Source: Macrostomum hystrix
Lineage: Eukaryota > Animalia > Platyhelminthes
Direction of reading: 5' to 3'
Length of the DNA stretch: 64,000 nucleotides
Assembly (NCBI GenBank): GCA_950097015.1
Contig: CATNEN010000038.1
Span: 682,001-746,000 of the forward strand
The notes below the pieces were generated by a model, which searched no databases, was not told the origin of the DNA, and was given only the letters and a program-made list of their open reading frames with translations. The translations under genes and the position numbers were made by a program. How positions within the stretch are numbered: position 1 is the stretch's first letter; each line of letters begins with the position of its first letter. Positions 36,646-50,012 of this stretch are shown here, one piece after another.

Positions 36646-39600
36646 CTAGCAGACGGTGACTGCGGCGGCTGCCAAGCTGGCCAGGCTTATCAGGATGGCG
36701 GCGGAAACTCCGCCGGTTCTCAGGCCGTCACTAAACGGTCCGGGCGGACCGCTGTCAAAGCTGCCACCGTTGCCGGCGAACTTGCAGTCGGGCGGGGCGA
36801 ATCCTGCCGGACAGTGGCAGTATCCGCGCGAGTTCACGATGCCACCGTTTTGGCAGGTGACATTGCCAGCCACAGCGGTTCGGGCACGAATATCCGAGGT
36901 GGATTGGCAAAGTCCGGCTAGGCACATTTGCTCGTCGTTACGGTTTCCGCAACGCGCACCGTCTGGCACTCGATCGGGTGCGTGCACCGCCGGACGGTAG
37001 CTGCAAAAGGCATAGCCGCACGTTTCTGGACCTCTCCCGGTTACAGTCGAACCGCAGTTCGCCAAATACGGAATCGGGAAACCATTTTCGGCAGGCGCAA
37101 AGTTGGCGCACATTGCCATATCACAGTCCGTGAGTCTTAACGGGCACCAGGATCTCTGCAAGCGGTGAAGAAGTAGCTCGTGTGATGGTTAATTAATTGG
37201 TGAACTAGACAGCGAATCAGAATCGCTCAGGAGGAAGAGACGCAATAAATAGTGAGGTGAGCCTGACGGCTGACTTAAAAGGCAGTCAATATCGTTTTGC
37301 AGGAAAATAAGCAATTCAATCAAAGTGAATACAAGCGTTAGTAGCTTTAAGAGCTTCCGAGAGTGATGGAATTCCTCAGACTCACGGCATCCTGTGCCGA
37401 CGGTCCCCAGAGTAACTGACACTGAGTCTGGGCGGAGCCGCACAGACCGTTGGCGCAGAAGTTGCTGCCGCACGGTGTCCCGTCTCGGGCAGTGAAATCG
37501 TCCGGGCAGGTTGAGTTGACGCCGTTACAGAATTCCGGCAGGTCGCATTCTCCTTTGGCGGCGCGGCAGACGGTGCCAGTCGGGCGCGGCTGACAGACAG
37601 TCAGGTCGCAGCAGCGCCCCGCGGCGCAGGTAGCGGATTCGGCCAGCTGGCAGGAGGTGGCGTTGCAGCAGGCGTTGCCTCTGTGAAATGATTGGTGAGC
37701 TGATAGCTAACAACTTCTTTGCTACCTGTGACACAAAGCTCGAGACTTTGGATCTTGTTAGTTTCAAAATAGATGAAAAAGATGTAGAAAAAATATCTAT
37801 ATTGCACCGAAATCCACTTGGCACAGCCGCAGCTATTGCGCAGCGCTTCCAAATACTATGTGTACAGCTGTTCAGACTGTGTACTGAGTGCTGCCACTCC
37901 TACCGAAATTTCCACGCCAGCAGATGTTGCTAGTCAATTTATATTTCCTTATTCCTTTCGGGCTGCGATTCGGACTCCCGAACTACTCAGACGGAGTTGT
38001 CTTTCAATGTGCGGCAGTCACTTTTTGTAGGTATTCGTTTTTTATAGCACACACGACACGCAAAAATAGCTCGTAGGAAGAATTAGTAGAGCATAAAATG
38101 AACAATTGCAAGAGGGCTGCGGGCAATGGCTCATCATTTGGCGACACTAGACCCCCAGCCAGCGAGGAGGTAATTCGGCCCATTTCCCTGACTCCCGAGC
38201 ACACCTACTCACACAGGTGTGTACATCTGCAATCAATTTCTCATCATCAGGCAGTGTAGACTGTCACTGTGCCCTGGAGGTTGGCCCCCAAAGACGCAAA
38301 TTGCACTACAAGCCCCAAGCCTTCTATCCGCGGCTGCGGGCCAAATTAATAAGTGAAAGTAATTCTAACCTGAGTTGTTCGGCAGCCAAGTGAAAAGTGA
38401 AAAATCCCAAGATTGGTTCAGATTGAAGAAGTCAAATCCCAGTTGACTGAGTACCCAGACCTACTCATCGCCTGCACCGCCACGACAACCGGCCTCGCCG
38501 CCGCAGTCGCAGGCCTCGCCGGGTTCCAGCAGGCCGTTGCCGCAGACCGCTTTTGGCCAATCTGCGGCTACTGGCAGGCGAAGCCCGCCCGGTTTGTCGG
38601 TCTCCGGTCTCGGCAACAGCAGGCAGTGACGGACGCCGGAATCCAGGAAGCCCAGCAGGGCGCGTACTGAGCAGGACGACCAGCCGATGCCGCGCCAGTC
38701 GCTGTCAGTCTGCATTGTGGCGCCCATCATGCAGGCTGAGTAGGGACAGTTGCAGTCCCGTCCTGGATATTCGTGATCGTGCTGGACGCCCAGGTTGTGG
38801 GCCAGTTCGTGTGCCATGGTCAGCCCGATGCCGTGAGCCCACTGGCGAGTCTGGGGGAGTGCAGTCGGTGATATCAGAGATATTCGATATTCGGGATACC
38901 AGATTAGGGAGACAGGGAAACAGAGATTAGGGGGATGAGGACCCGAGATTAGGGAGACAGGGAAACAGAGATTAGGGAGGCCTGTTAGACCTGTTAGACG
39001 TGTCTATCCCCCCAATAGAGATTAGAGACACTAGGGGATAAAGAATAGGGAGACTGGAGATCGAGAGAGGAATTGAAAAAGAGGGTACTGGTCTCCCAAT
39101 TCATTCTAATATAGGGATTAGTGTTTTCTACTGGAAGCCAGTTTGTTAGTTACTTACAACGCTGAGGCCAGCGCAATTCAATGAAGATAAAATTGACATT
39201 GTTTTGCATATGTTTCCTGTGGAGGCAATGCCAGATGTGGAGCCGTAGCTTTCTCTTCCACTGAAATTTGAGTTGATGAAGGTTTAAATATAGGTTTTGG
39301 CTATGCACTCGTAATTTGGTACCCGACCGAATTGTCCATTAGAAGTGTCTAGTAGATGGGAGTCTGGTAGGTTAAAGTATTGTCGATAAGAGAGTCTTGT
39401 AGCCATGTATCCATGGGACCCTTTTGTATAATAGAGTCTGGTAGACTGAAGTATTTTGGATGAGAGAGTCTGGTAGACTGGACTCTTTTGGATGAGAGAG
39501 TCTGGTAGACTGGAGTGTCTTGGATGAGAGAGTCTGGTAGACTGGACTCTTTTGGATGAGAGAGTCTGGTAGACTGGACTCTTTTGGATGAGAGAGTCTG

Positions 39601-42600
39601 GTAGACTGGAGTCTTTTGGAAAAGAGATTCTGGTATAGATTAAAGCATTGCCAATAAGATCGGAGTCTTTTGTAGAAGGCAATGTGCTATCGGCTGTAGT
39701 CTTGCACATAGACAGTGAGCACTCAAGGCTATCCAATCAGCTCACTTAAGCAGGTGCACACAGTCGTAGTCCACTTCTTTCGGAATCGTCAGTGAATATG
39801 TCTTTATTAACTCCAGCGTGTCGCCCGGATTCCGAGTTGTCGGATTGGCGAAATCGAAGCCAGAAATTGTACTGCTATGAATTTCCAGCGTGCTGACTAC
39901 TACATAAATGTCGAAGCGGCGAAATAACTGCAGAAATAGCGAAAAGATGCCTCTTATACTGCTTTAAGTACGGTGCGAAAAACTAACTGCAGCTTTATAT
40001 ATCCATAATTTCTATGTGCAGTTTTTTAGAGTGTAAAAATAAAAATTGCAGGAGGGCTGCGGGCAATGGCACATCATTTGGTGACAGGTGACACTAGACT
40101 CGCAGCCAGCGAGGAGGCAACTCTGACCTGGGTATCACCTGGTAGACATGGGTATCTCCTGTTAGAAATGTGTATCACACGATAGACATGGGTATCACCT
40201 GTTAGACATTGGTATCACCTGTTAGACATTGGTATCACCTGTTAGACACTATACTCACATTGTTGACGATTCCAATAATGCTCTGTACCGCATCAATCAC
40301 AGCCGATGACTTCGAGGAGTGCATTTTGTACTGCAATTAAAAGTGAGCAGCTGGACTATTACTCTAATTAAGTACTCTAGTTAAGTTATTCTTGGGACCT
40401 AAATTAAGCCAACGTTTTTTCACATTGGAAACGCTAACGCTAAACGCTAAACGCCCTCTAGTATCCATGGTTACCCCAATGGAAAACAATATATCTCTAA
40501 ACTTTACGCATTCAACAACTATTAATTTAATTATTTTTAATTATTATAATATATATCAATAGTTATAAATAAAACCATAAACTTACTCATGAATTAGAAT
40601 GTGCATGTAATGAATAATTCATCACCATGTCACGGACAAAAAGAGCCGGGGTGAGTCGATTGCCTCGCCTAATGTCCATCGTATACCCTCATGACCTGGC
40701 CTAATGTCTATTGTACACCCTCATGACCTGGCCTAATGTCTATTGTACACCCTCATGACCTGGCCTAATATCTATTGTGCACCCTCTTGACCTGGCCTAA
40801 TGTCTATTGTACACCCTCTTGACCTGGCCTAATGTCGATGGTTATCCCTCAAGTCTTTCCAAAGCTTGTTGTTATTGTAATTATGTGTTTTAATATCATA
40901 AAATTATCAATGTTACACTCACAAACCCATTGTCAGCGATGAGGTAGAGCTGCATAATGAATGGGCCGCCACGACTGAGCACCTTCCTGCTATGGTCCAG
41001 CTTTATGGACCGGGTCTCGGACCTTGCGGAGCGCCGGTGCCTCTGTATTTGAGTTTTGAACAAGCAAAGGCCAGTAGAATTAACGGAATTGATTCAGTCA
41101 GTCTGTCTGTGTTAGCTTGATCAGTCCATGGACTGGGTGCCGTCACACTCACTCAAATTTCTATCCGAGCTAATGCTGCTAATGCTGCTAATGCGGTTAG
41201 GAGTCCGAAGCTCTGCGCCAAAACCTCCTGAGCATACGCTTTCAATGTTGGGTCACCAAGAAGCATTGAATTTGCAAAGCTAAGCCTTATCTATATAACT
41301 CTTGATTTTTAACTGGCTAACATGATCAAGCTGAACAGCAACTTGACACTTGAATGGCACCAGTCATAAATACTTTTTGCTATTCTGCCCCATTCTATCT
41401 GTTGGTCAGCTTTATCAACAATGGGAATAGCCATCCATCTGACATTATCCTTGATCCTTGGCATATACTTATAGAATAATGAGTCACTTTCAAAATTGGG
41501 CTCTTGAACTTTATTATTCCAAATAATGGCTTACCTGTAATAAAACGCTGCCACCAAGCATTTTGGTCAGTTGCTGTGGACTTACTGGAAGTTATGGTGA
41601 AACCCATCTACTTAATCATTGAGCATCTCAATCTATTTCTAAAATGATGTAAATGAAAACAAAAATCATACTCACGTGCAGCAATCCGCTTATTCAGCAC
41701 GTCATAGGCCGATTCCAATGCTTTATGCTGCTTCCAACCGACACTTGATGGATACAAGTTGAGCTGGTACACCTGCCAGCTTGAGTCACGCAGCCGCATG
41801 CGATGCCCGGTGGCTTGAATATAGCCCAGGTGAGTGATGTTGATTGACAGCGTGCCACTGTCAATGAGGGTTGGATTCAGCTGTCCGTGTAAATGATCTG
41901 CATGGCTGTCTGTTCTGGTGGGTCTGTTCTGGGCTGTCTGATCTGGGCTGTCTGCTCAGGGTTGTCTGCTCTGGGGTGTGTGCAGTATCTGGGGTGTCTG
42001 TTCTGGGGTGTCTGTTCTGGGGTGTCTGATCTGGGCTGTCTGTTCTGGTGTGTCTGTTCTGGGGTGTCTGATCTGGGCTGTCTGATCTGGGCTGTCTGTT
42101 CTGGGGTGTCTGATCTGGGCTGTCTGCTCTGAACTCTCTGTTCTGGGCTGTCTTCTGGGGTGTCTGTTCTGGGCTGGGGTGTCTGTTCTGGGCTGCCTGA
42201 TCTGGGGTGTCTGTTCTGGAGTGTCTGTTCTGGAGTGTCTGTTCTGTAGTGTCTGTTCTGGAGTGTCTGTTTTGGAGTGTCTATTCTGGATTGTCTGTTC
42301 TAAAGTGTGTGCTCGGGAGTCTGTGTTTTGAGTGTCTGTTCTGGAGTGTCTCTTTTGGAGTGTCTGTTCTGGAGTGTCTGTTCTGGAGTGTCTGTTCTCT
42401 GCTGTTTGATCTGGGGTGTCTGTTTTGGGGTGTTTGTACCTGGCTGTCTGATCTGGCGTTTCTGTTGTGGGGTGTCTTTCTGAGCTGTCTGTTCTCTGCT
42501 GTCTGATATGGGGTGTCTGTTCTGGGGTGTCTGATCTGCATATCTGTATGTTCTTGAGTGTATGTTCTGGGTCTCCGTTCTCACCGCAGCAGGTCAGAGC

Positions 42601-44098
42601 AGAGTGACACAAGGCCTGGCTGAGTCTCATTGCCCAACTGGGCAGTCCCAGACTCAATCGGCCACGCTGAGTAGTGGCACTGAGAGCGATGTCGCGATTT
42701 TCTGGCCTGTGATCGATTCCCCACGATTAGAACTGGGAACTCTTCAGGTCTGGAAAAGTATTTAACAGAATGCTGTTACAAAGAGGCTTGCAGCAATAGG
42801 TCGTATTCAGGCTTCATCAAAAAGTATAAAAGTGTATTAGTGCGTACCTTCTCACCGCCAGGTAGAATGAGAACCGGCGCAGCGATGGCATAGCAACAAT
42901 CTCAAGGACCAAATTTCTGCCGATTTTCTGAAGCGGTGAAATCGATTTCACATTTCGAACCGATTTTAAACCTCTGGTGTGTACCAGCTGGCACAGCCTT
43001 CTGCCGACAGGGGCACCATTCACCGACAGGGCAACCTTCCACTGACAGGGCAACCTTCCTCTGACAGGGCTACCTTTCACTGACCGGGCTACCTTCCACT
43101 GACAGGGCAACCTTGCACTGAGAGGGCTACCTTCCAACTACTCAACTGAACAAAGATTCATATGTAGGCTTCACCTTCTAGCCTTTTGTTGGTGCAAAAT
43201 TTCAACGCAATGAGGTTAGTAACAGTATGAGTGATGGCATTTGATGACACAGAACATATGCATCTGTTCCAATTTGCTCATCGTTAACGATTGTGCACAA
43301 TCGCTTAAATTTAAATTTCTTTGCTTCCGTAGCTGAACAACTGATATTTAGCCATTGCTCGGCAAGGAAAATGCTGGTATTAAAACAGCCTGCCGAGTGC
43401 AGCTCACAGCATGTGCATTGTGCGAACAAGTGTTCCGTATGGCCAGCTACGGCCCTATATCCAAATCTAACTGCATGTTCTACTTAGCATCTGATACTCT
43501 GATCACTCATTCGACAGACTGTGCTGCATGTTCTACTTAGCATCGGATGAGTCATTTGACAGACTGTGCTGCATGTTCTACTTAGCATCTGATGAGTCAT
43601 TTGACAGACTGTGCTGCATGTTCTACTTAGCATCTGATGAGTCATTTGACAGACTGTGCTGCATGTTCTACTTAGCATCTGATGAGTCATTCGACAGACT
43701 GTGCTGCATGTTCTACTTAGCATCGGATGAGTCATTTGACAGACTGTGCTGCATGTTCTACTTAGCATCTGATGAGTCATTTGACAGACTGTGCTGCATG
43801 TTCTACTTAGCATCTGATGAGTCATTTGACAGACTGTGCTGCATGTTCTACTTAGCATCTGATGAGTCATTTGACAGACTGTGCTGCATGTTCTACTTAG
43901 CATCTGATGAGTCATTTGACAGACTGTGCTGCATGTTCTACTTAGCATCTGATGAGTCATTCGACAGACTATGCTGCATCTTCTGCTTAGCATCTGATGA
44001 GTCATTTGAAAGACTGCGTTCGACTGCGTGCAGTTTTAGCAAAAAGAATCGGTTTGTTTTTCGTGTTCATTCCCGCTACAATCAGTAGCAGCAGCAGC

Positions 44099-44144
<46 letters not shown>

Positions 44145-44259
44145 GAAGCAGCAGAAGCAGCAGCAACAGCAGCAGCAGCAGTAAGCACACAGAAGCCCAT
44201 CTAGCTACTGGAGTTGGCCCGTAAATGTGCCTTAGATGGTTTCCGGGAATTTCAAGCAT
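36646..44259 (-). CDS. ADAM (reprolysin) metalloprotease-disintegrin, copy A; 5' exons not fully resolved
   Basis: Exons: 42927-42848, 42749-42585 (pro-domain CHY..SLC), one starting at 41857, 41042-40923 (RHRR furin site), 40330-40259, 39927-39746, 39260-39158, 38850-38465 (HELAHNLGVQHD, Met-turn CMM, CGNGLLEPGEACDCG), 37680-37386 (disintegrin ECDLPEFC), 37155-36646 (Cys-rich, EGF, hydrophobic end). The start at 44259 (poly-Leu exon) is tentative. Confidence 0.85.
39430..39620. repeat. Intronic 32-bp minisatellite GATGAGAGAGTCTGGTAGACTGGACTCTTTTG (also about 54928-55085)
   Basis: Directly visible. Confidence 0.9.
40668..40850. repeat. Intronic 32-bp minisatellite CCTAATGTCTATTGTACACCCTCATGACCTGG (also about 56134-56348)
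   Basis: Directly visible. Confidence 0.9.
41905..42570. repeat. Intronic degenerate 14-bp minisatellite GTGTCTGTTCTGG(G/A) (also about 57417-58088)
   Basis: Directly visible. Confidence 0.9.
43471..44015. repeat. 45-bp minisatellite GCATGTTCTACTTAGCATCTGATGAGTCATTTGACAGACTGTGCT, about 12 units (about 8 units in copy B, 58987-59351)
   Basis: Directly visible; the two copies differ by 180 bp. Confidence 0.95.
44083..44182. repeat. Imperfect (CAG)n trinucleotide tract (also 59419-59518)
   Basis: Directly visible. Confidence 0.95.
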
Positions 44260-46811
44260 TTACCAAGCCAAACCCCTCCAGCTCACGAACAGATGAAGAA
44301 ACATTTATGTCATTGTTGTAACATTTAGTTCAATCATTTTAGATTTTGCTTACCCGGCTTGGCTGAACTTCTTGACCATCGTTGACCTGAAATGTTCTCA
44401 CCTTGGCCAGCAAGGTTAACGGCCTGGTTGAGTCCGCTGAAATTGCAGTTTAGAAAGTTAGAAATTCAGTAGCAATGATTGCTTTTGTAGCTTTCTAGCA
44501 TGTAATTTTGTAAAAAATGCTCGCTAATTACTTTTGAATTGTTATGTCATTTCAATACTCATTTCAATTCATTTCAATCATTTCAATTAATACATTTAAA
44601 ACTGAGCACATTCAAAATATTTATAATGATTGTGAGCACTGAGTACTTACCAATTGTGCAGTTGGAACACAGCAGGATGATAAATTTAGCAATTAATGTG
44701 ATACAAAGAAGGCTATGGAATTCTCTGGTGTGACTTATTGTCATGTTTACACAAAAAGTTGCAGCGATTCAACCAGATGAATAGTCAAATAGTCAAATAA
44801 TCAAAAGTCAAATCGTCAATCCTTAAAATTCATACAATTTGAAACCCGATATACTTGTAGCTTTAGGTTTGCCAAGGCTCATAGACTAAAACAGCGGGCA
44901 CGGAAAGCCGATTTGTGCCCGCTGCCGGGGGGGATTTCGTCTATGTCCAAAGCTACGGAAGGCTGTTCGTATTGCTGCATTAAAGAGAGACGTGGATGCA
45001 TCGGACTAGGCTAGTAATGAAGTCGGTGACGGTGACTTATCACATCACGGGATGAGTGAGCCGTGATGCATATCAAAGTACTAATTAAGACTTATTAAAG
45101 ACTCTGACTGACCCTGCCCTTCCGTTCTCTCTCCCAGACCCGCCATAAATCTCTTGGCGTTCAGTGATTTCTCAAACTTTCAATAAAGAGAGGGGGCAGT
45201 GTCTTTAATAATTCGTCCAACTTTCTTAATTATCAATCCCCGCTATATCAAAGTCTAATTTTCTATCGTCTGCTTAAGTACGGTCCATTTCAATAAGCCA
45301 TATATTTTAACAACGCAAAGGAAAGGGACCCTCTCTGCACTTCATGTGGAGAGAACTTAGATAAGACAATCTGAGCTGGGCCATGTACATTAAACAAAAG
45401 GGAGGGGCTGGCCCGCTATAGCCCTCCTTCAAGCCACAGACACTCAGGCTGAGAGAACCCCCCACTCGATTTTTATCGATCGGGCGGCACAGCCATCCAA
45501 TCCATCACCGCAAGCGAAAGCGAAAGCCTTGGCCCCAGCTTATGTACATTCAAACCTCAATAGACAGAAATCTCGTCCCCACAAACAAACACTGACAAAT
45601 GCATGGAGGACTGTAGCCTGTGTACTCTAAGTCAAGCTTCAACTAATGAAATTTCGGTTTCTTTCAATTCATGTGATGCAAAAAGTTGATCGCAAAAAAC
45701 AGGATGATCTTTAATTAATTACTGCTTACTTCATATTCATACTTCATCAGATAATTAAACTTTCCAAGACTACAATTGTCAAGTTGACAATTTGACATGT
45801 CATTCTCTTTCAAACATCCATATGCTTCTATTGACACCATTTTAAGTTCAATGCGAAAAAGTGCACTATCGTAGGGGCAGAAATGGCAAACTTTTTCTCT
45901 CATACGTACACCTGTACAGGTACATATTTTAGTACAGATGGCCAACTACTGAATGTGTGTACAAAGAAAATGTAGAAAATTCAATATATAAATTTTTTGC
46001 GCACATCTGTTGCGCTTCTAAAAACTGAAGCCGCATTCAAATCGCACACCAAATACGTTCTGGCCATGCAGTTTTGTACCTAGAAAAATGACTAAAAATT
46101 AGCGAAATCACGTTTTTGAGATTTGAGAATTACCCACATCTTCAGTAAACAACATCCAATCAGTCTGAAATCAACATTGTCGTATAGGTGACACCCAAGA
46201 AATTTGGTTGACATGTTTTTAAATGCAATTGAAGTCACATGTCTGTGTCATAGAGGCGTCTAAAAGTGCACCACTAAGAGTACTTTAAAAGTGCCGATTT
46301 TTTCAATCACAGAAGTACAAAAAAATTCTTCCCCATCAAGTAGTGTGTTGGGGTTACGACCCAGCAAGTCAAAGTTAAAAACATGCACATTTTTTCAACC
46401 TTAAAAACCCGTTTTTTGACCCTTTGACCCAGAACCCTTTGACCCTCTTCTTGGGTCAGCAAGAAAAAATCCATATCAAATCATTGTAGGCTTCTATAGC
46501 CCCTATCGACTGGATAGTCACTTGGCGACACCATAAACTGCCGAGAATAGCGCCGAGAGACAAATTTTTGTCATGTCCAAAAATATCATGTTTTTGCCAT
46601 GCCATGCCATGGCAATGCTTTTAGCTTCAGTACATAGAGCTAAGTATTTTACATGTTTTGCAAAAAACCGCAACCAAATCGGTTCAACTGGGCAAAAGCG
46701 GCAATCGTTAGAAGTTGAAAAACGTGCTTTCCTATCCCGACACGGTGGTTACATCTTATCAAGATGAGATATCGCATCCGATCCGTATCACTCATCCCAA
46801 CTAGAGCTGAG

Positions 46812-46918
46812 CACAGATCCTATATACACAGATCCTATATACACAGATCCTATATACACAGATCCTATATACACAGATCCTATATACACAGATCCTATAT
46901 ACACAGATCCTATATACT
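46812..46918. repeat. 15-bp minisatellite CACAGATCCTATATA
   Basis: About 7 copies. Confidence 0.93.
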
Positions 46919-48139
46919 TGTATAGAGTGTATATAGGATCTGTGAAGCTGAGAGAGATGCAGTGTGATCTTATTCTGACTAAAACGTGCTCGATTTCAAT
47001 AAGATAGCAACAGGTGATATTAGTGGCTAGTAGTTGTGAGTATGTCTGTTCTGGGACACCATGTTTTCCGCCTTTGCACATTACACTAATAACTATAAAC
47101 AGTAACCCAGCCAAGGTGGTAAAAAAATCTGAACCGAATGAAAAGCAAAGCCAAGAAATCATTAGAGAGTTGCTATCTATTGATGCAAGGGATGGAGAAT
47201 CCCAGGAAATTTGTTCTTACGCTTGACCAACCTTGAGTATTGAGTATGTCCTTAAAGTCCTGGCCAGGAAAAAATACGCAGAAAAACTGATAATGCACTT
47301 TTAATGTTCAGATCAATGAGGCAGAGGCGAGTAAAGTGGCGGTACGAACTTGGCAACGCAGGCACTAAAAGCGATTAAGCATTGCCATTTACTGTGTACT
47401 CGTATTTTTGGATGAAGAAACAAAGCGACCGGAGGTAAAAGCAAAAAGAATGGGTGGGTAAAGCAGCTCGCGGCTTTACCCGTTTTTAATGTCAGAGCGC
47501 GCGGCCCTCCTCTCTCTCTGCCCTCTCTCCGCCGCCTACCGCCCACCCCCTTTTGCGTGTTCATCTGTGCTCGTACATTTCCGAGACTGCACATTTTAAG
47601 TCCCGGGGCTGCGCCCCAATATATGTCGCCCCGTGTTGAGAAGCGAGGATCGCTGTCGCTGTCTCAAAAATAAAATTTTTCTTTCAGTTTTATCTGCTGC
47701 TTTAATTAAAATAAACTCGCGCTAACAGCCACATCGCTCATGGGCTGCTTCTCGCCTGTGGGCGCACTTTCGCCAACTGCCTTCTTCCTGCGTTCTTCCT
47801 GCTTTTGCCGCCGCTTCAGACATTAAGAAGAAAAAAAATTGACAATTGAGCAGCAGCGACACCCTCTCACGCTGGGAGAAGTGCCATATAAAACAACGTG
47901 GTAGGCACGTTCCCGGGATTTAGGGGTATTGGTGAAAGTGCATACGCTCAGTACGTAAAACACGCAAGGTAACGCAAACTAAGCTGTACAGCTAGGTGAG
48001 CAGAGTGACGGGTAATGAAAAGACAGCGAGGCGGATTTCTCAAACATTAAAGGCGGTTAAAGCCGCATGCTTTGCCTGCCTAGTATCAGAATATAATACA
48101 ACAACTCCAGAAACTTAAGCAAACGGACCTAAATGACTG

Positions 48140-48520
48140 CATTCATAAAATGGCGGCTTCTGGAACCTCAAAGGGATTCTGGTCCGGCCTTAGAAGAGCA
48201 GAAGAGTTACTGTTCACAAGCAAGCGACTTAACAGATCTAAAGCCCCAATCGCTGACATCGTGGACAACCTAAACAAAGTTTTGAACGCACATTCTTTTT
48301 CGGGTGCCCAGCCGCATCGCAAAGGTGAGGCAGGCAGTCCCGGAATATTTAATTGGCTGTACGGAACTAGATAGAGAATTAAAAAGCTAAAGATAGGAAA
48401 AGCTGCAGGAATTTTAGATGGTATAGCAAATGAGCACATTATCCACGGACAGGAGTAGTATCTGCGGCTACTATCTGGGACAAACATTTACGCAGTCGCC
48501 GTTTTCCACAATCTGTTAAC
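48140..48520 (+). mobile_element. Degenerate non-LTR retrotransposon (LINE) ORF2 fragment
   Basis: KGFW.. and IKKLKIGKAAGILDGIANEHIIHG match the pre-RT KxxGxDG motif of LINE ORF2; stops are present. Confidence 0.6.
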
Positions 48521-48659
48521 TATATTATTCCCAAAGAGATCAGGGAAAAGGGTGCTCGCCCCTTCGAAAATCTGCCTCTATATTTCTTAATTCAAAATTA
48601 CACAAGTAACATACGTTTGATACAACTCAGCTTAATGCTACTGAGGTACATGTGGATAC

Positions 48660-49510
48660 TATCCCCTCAGCAGTAAAAAACAATGTCCCCCATGCCAGCA
48701 GAGAACTAATGTCCCCTCAGTAGCAAATAACCAATGTCCCCCCGGCAGTAAATAACCAATGTCCAAGCAGCAGAGAACTAATTCCCCCCAGCAGCAGAGA
48801 ACTAATTCCGCCCCAGCAGCAGAGAACTAATTCCCCCCAGCAGCAGAGAACTAATTCCGCCCCAGCAGCAGAGAACTAATTCCGCCCCAGCAGCAGAGAA
48901 CCGATGTTCCGTCAGCAGCAAATAACCAATGTCCCCCCAGCAGCAGAGAACCAATGTCCCCCAGCAGGAGAGAACTAATTTCCCCCCAGCAGCAGAGAAC
49001 CGATGTTCCGTCAGCAGCAAATAACCAATGTCCCCCCAGCAGCAAAGAACCAATTTCCCCGAAACAGAAGAGAACCTCCATAATACAAGAATGGAGGCTA
49101 CTTGCAGGCATCCAAACCCCCAGCACGAAATATTTCCCCTCTTTCTTTTAAACAGGTTTATTGCAGAGAAAGATTTCACTCAGCCCAGCAGGCAACAAAT
49201 ATTCCTGTTACATCTCCTGTTACATGTGGCACTGTAGATACATTTAGAAAACTGTTAGACACTTTCAGAAAACTGTTACACACATTTAGAATCCTGTTAA
49301 ACACATTTAGAAAACTATTAATACATTTAGAAAACTGTTGGACACATTTAGAAAACGGTTAAACACAATAAAAAGCTGTTGGACACATTTAAAAGACTTT
49401 TGGACACATTAAGAAAACTGTTAAACGCATTTAGAAACCTGCTAAACACTTTTAGAGACCTGTTAATCACATCTAGAAACCTGTTAAACACATTTAGAAG
49501 ACTGTTAAAC
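48660..49510. repeat. Two adjacent degenerate minisatellites: CCCCAGCAGCAGAGAACTAATT-like (48660-49075) and ACACATTTAGAAAACTGTT-like (49235-49510)
   Basis: Directly visible. Confidence 0.85.
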
Positions 49511-50012
49511 GCTTTTTGTGTTTTATGTTGTGTTTTGTTTTGTGTTTTGTGTTTGTGATCAACGCATCGCAGAGCTGCATGGCCGGCTGGTCAGTCAGGA
49601 TCAGCTTTATAATCGGAGAACGGGGGTGACTTCGTTCTTTCTCGGCCAAGTCTACCATCGCCTTATGCGTGAGCATCAGCTCACAGTAGCTAGCGTTGCG
49701 GAGCTGTTCGAAGCTACTTACTATCATGTTCAGTCCCGGCATAACATTTTTGCTTTGTTGACTGACCTACCACGACTGCGCTATTGTGCTGTTTCGGCCA
49801 CATTTCTGCATGAGAACTCTATGAAGATTCATGAAGAATGGCCTTGGCGACGCGATGCGGAAGATTGGAATAAGCCTGAACCTCCGATAAAACCAAGGAC
49901 TGCGTCTGCACTAGGTGCTATGTTGAACGAGAACGTCTTAGGTCAGGTTAATCATGTCCAGCATGGGAAAGTCGGACTAATCCCAATGCCGTCATTGTCT
50001 TCAACGGCTGAT

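Larger units (their letters stand above)
35972..45294. repeat. Segmental duplication, copy A (paralogous to about 51746-60630)
   Basis: Near-identical sequence including exons, introns and intronic minisatellites; offset about 15.3-15.8 kb. Confidence 0.96.

Noticed and set aside
38222-38260. Minus-strand CTGATGA-TGA-GAAA resembling a minimal hammerhead in the dispersed repeat
   Set aside because: There is no room for stem II, and the related copy near 22090-22110 lacks a valid cleavage triplet; a plain hairpin explains it better.
43471-44015. Hammerhead-like CTGATGA-GTC-ATTT-GAC in each 45-bp unit
   Set aside because: The required GAAA and stem III/NUH are missing (AGACT follows instead), so the catalytic core is incomplete.
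45850-46780. Sequence resembling a DNA-transposon subterminal region
   Set aside because: No TIR pair or transposase remnant identifiable by eye.
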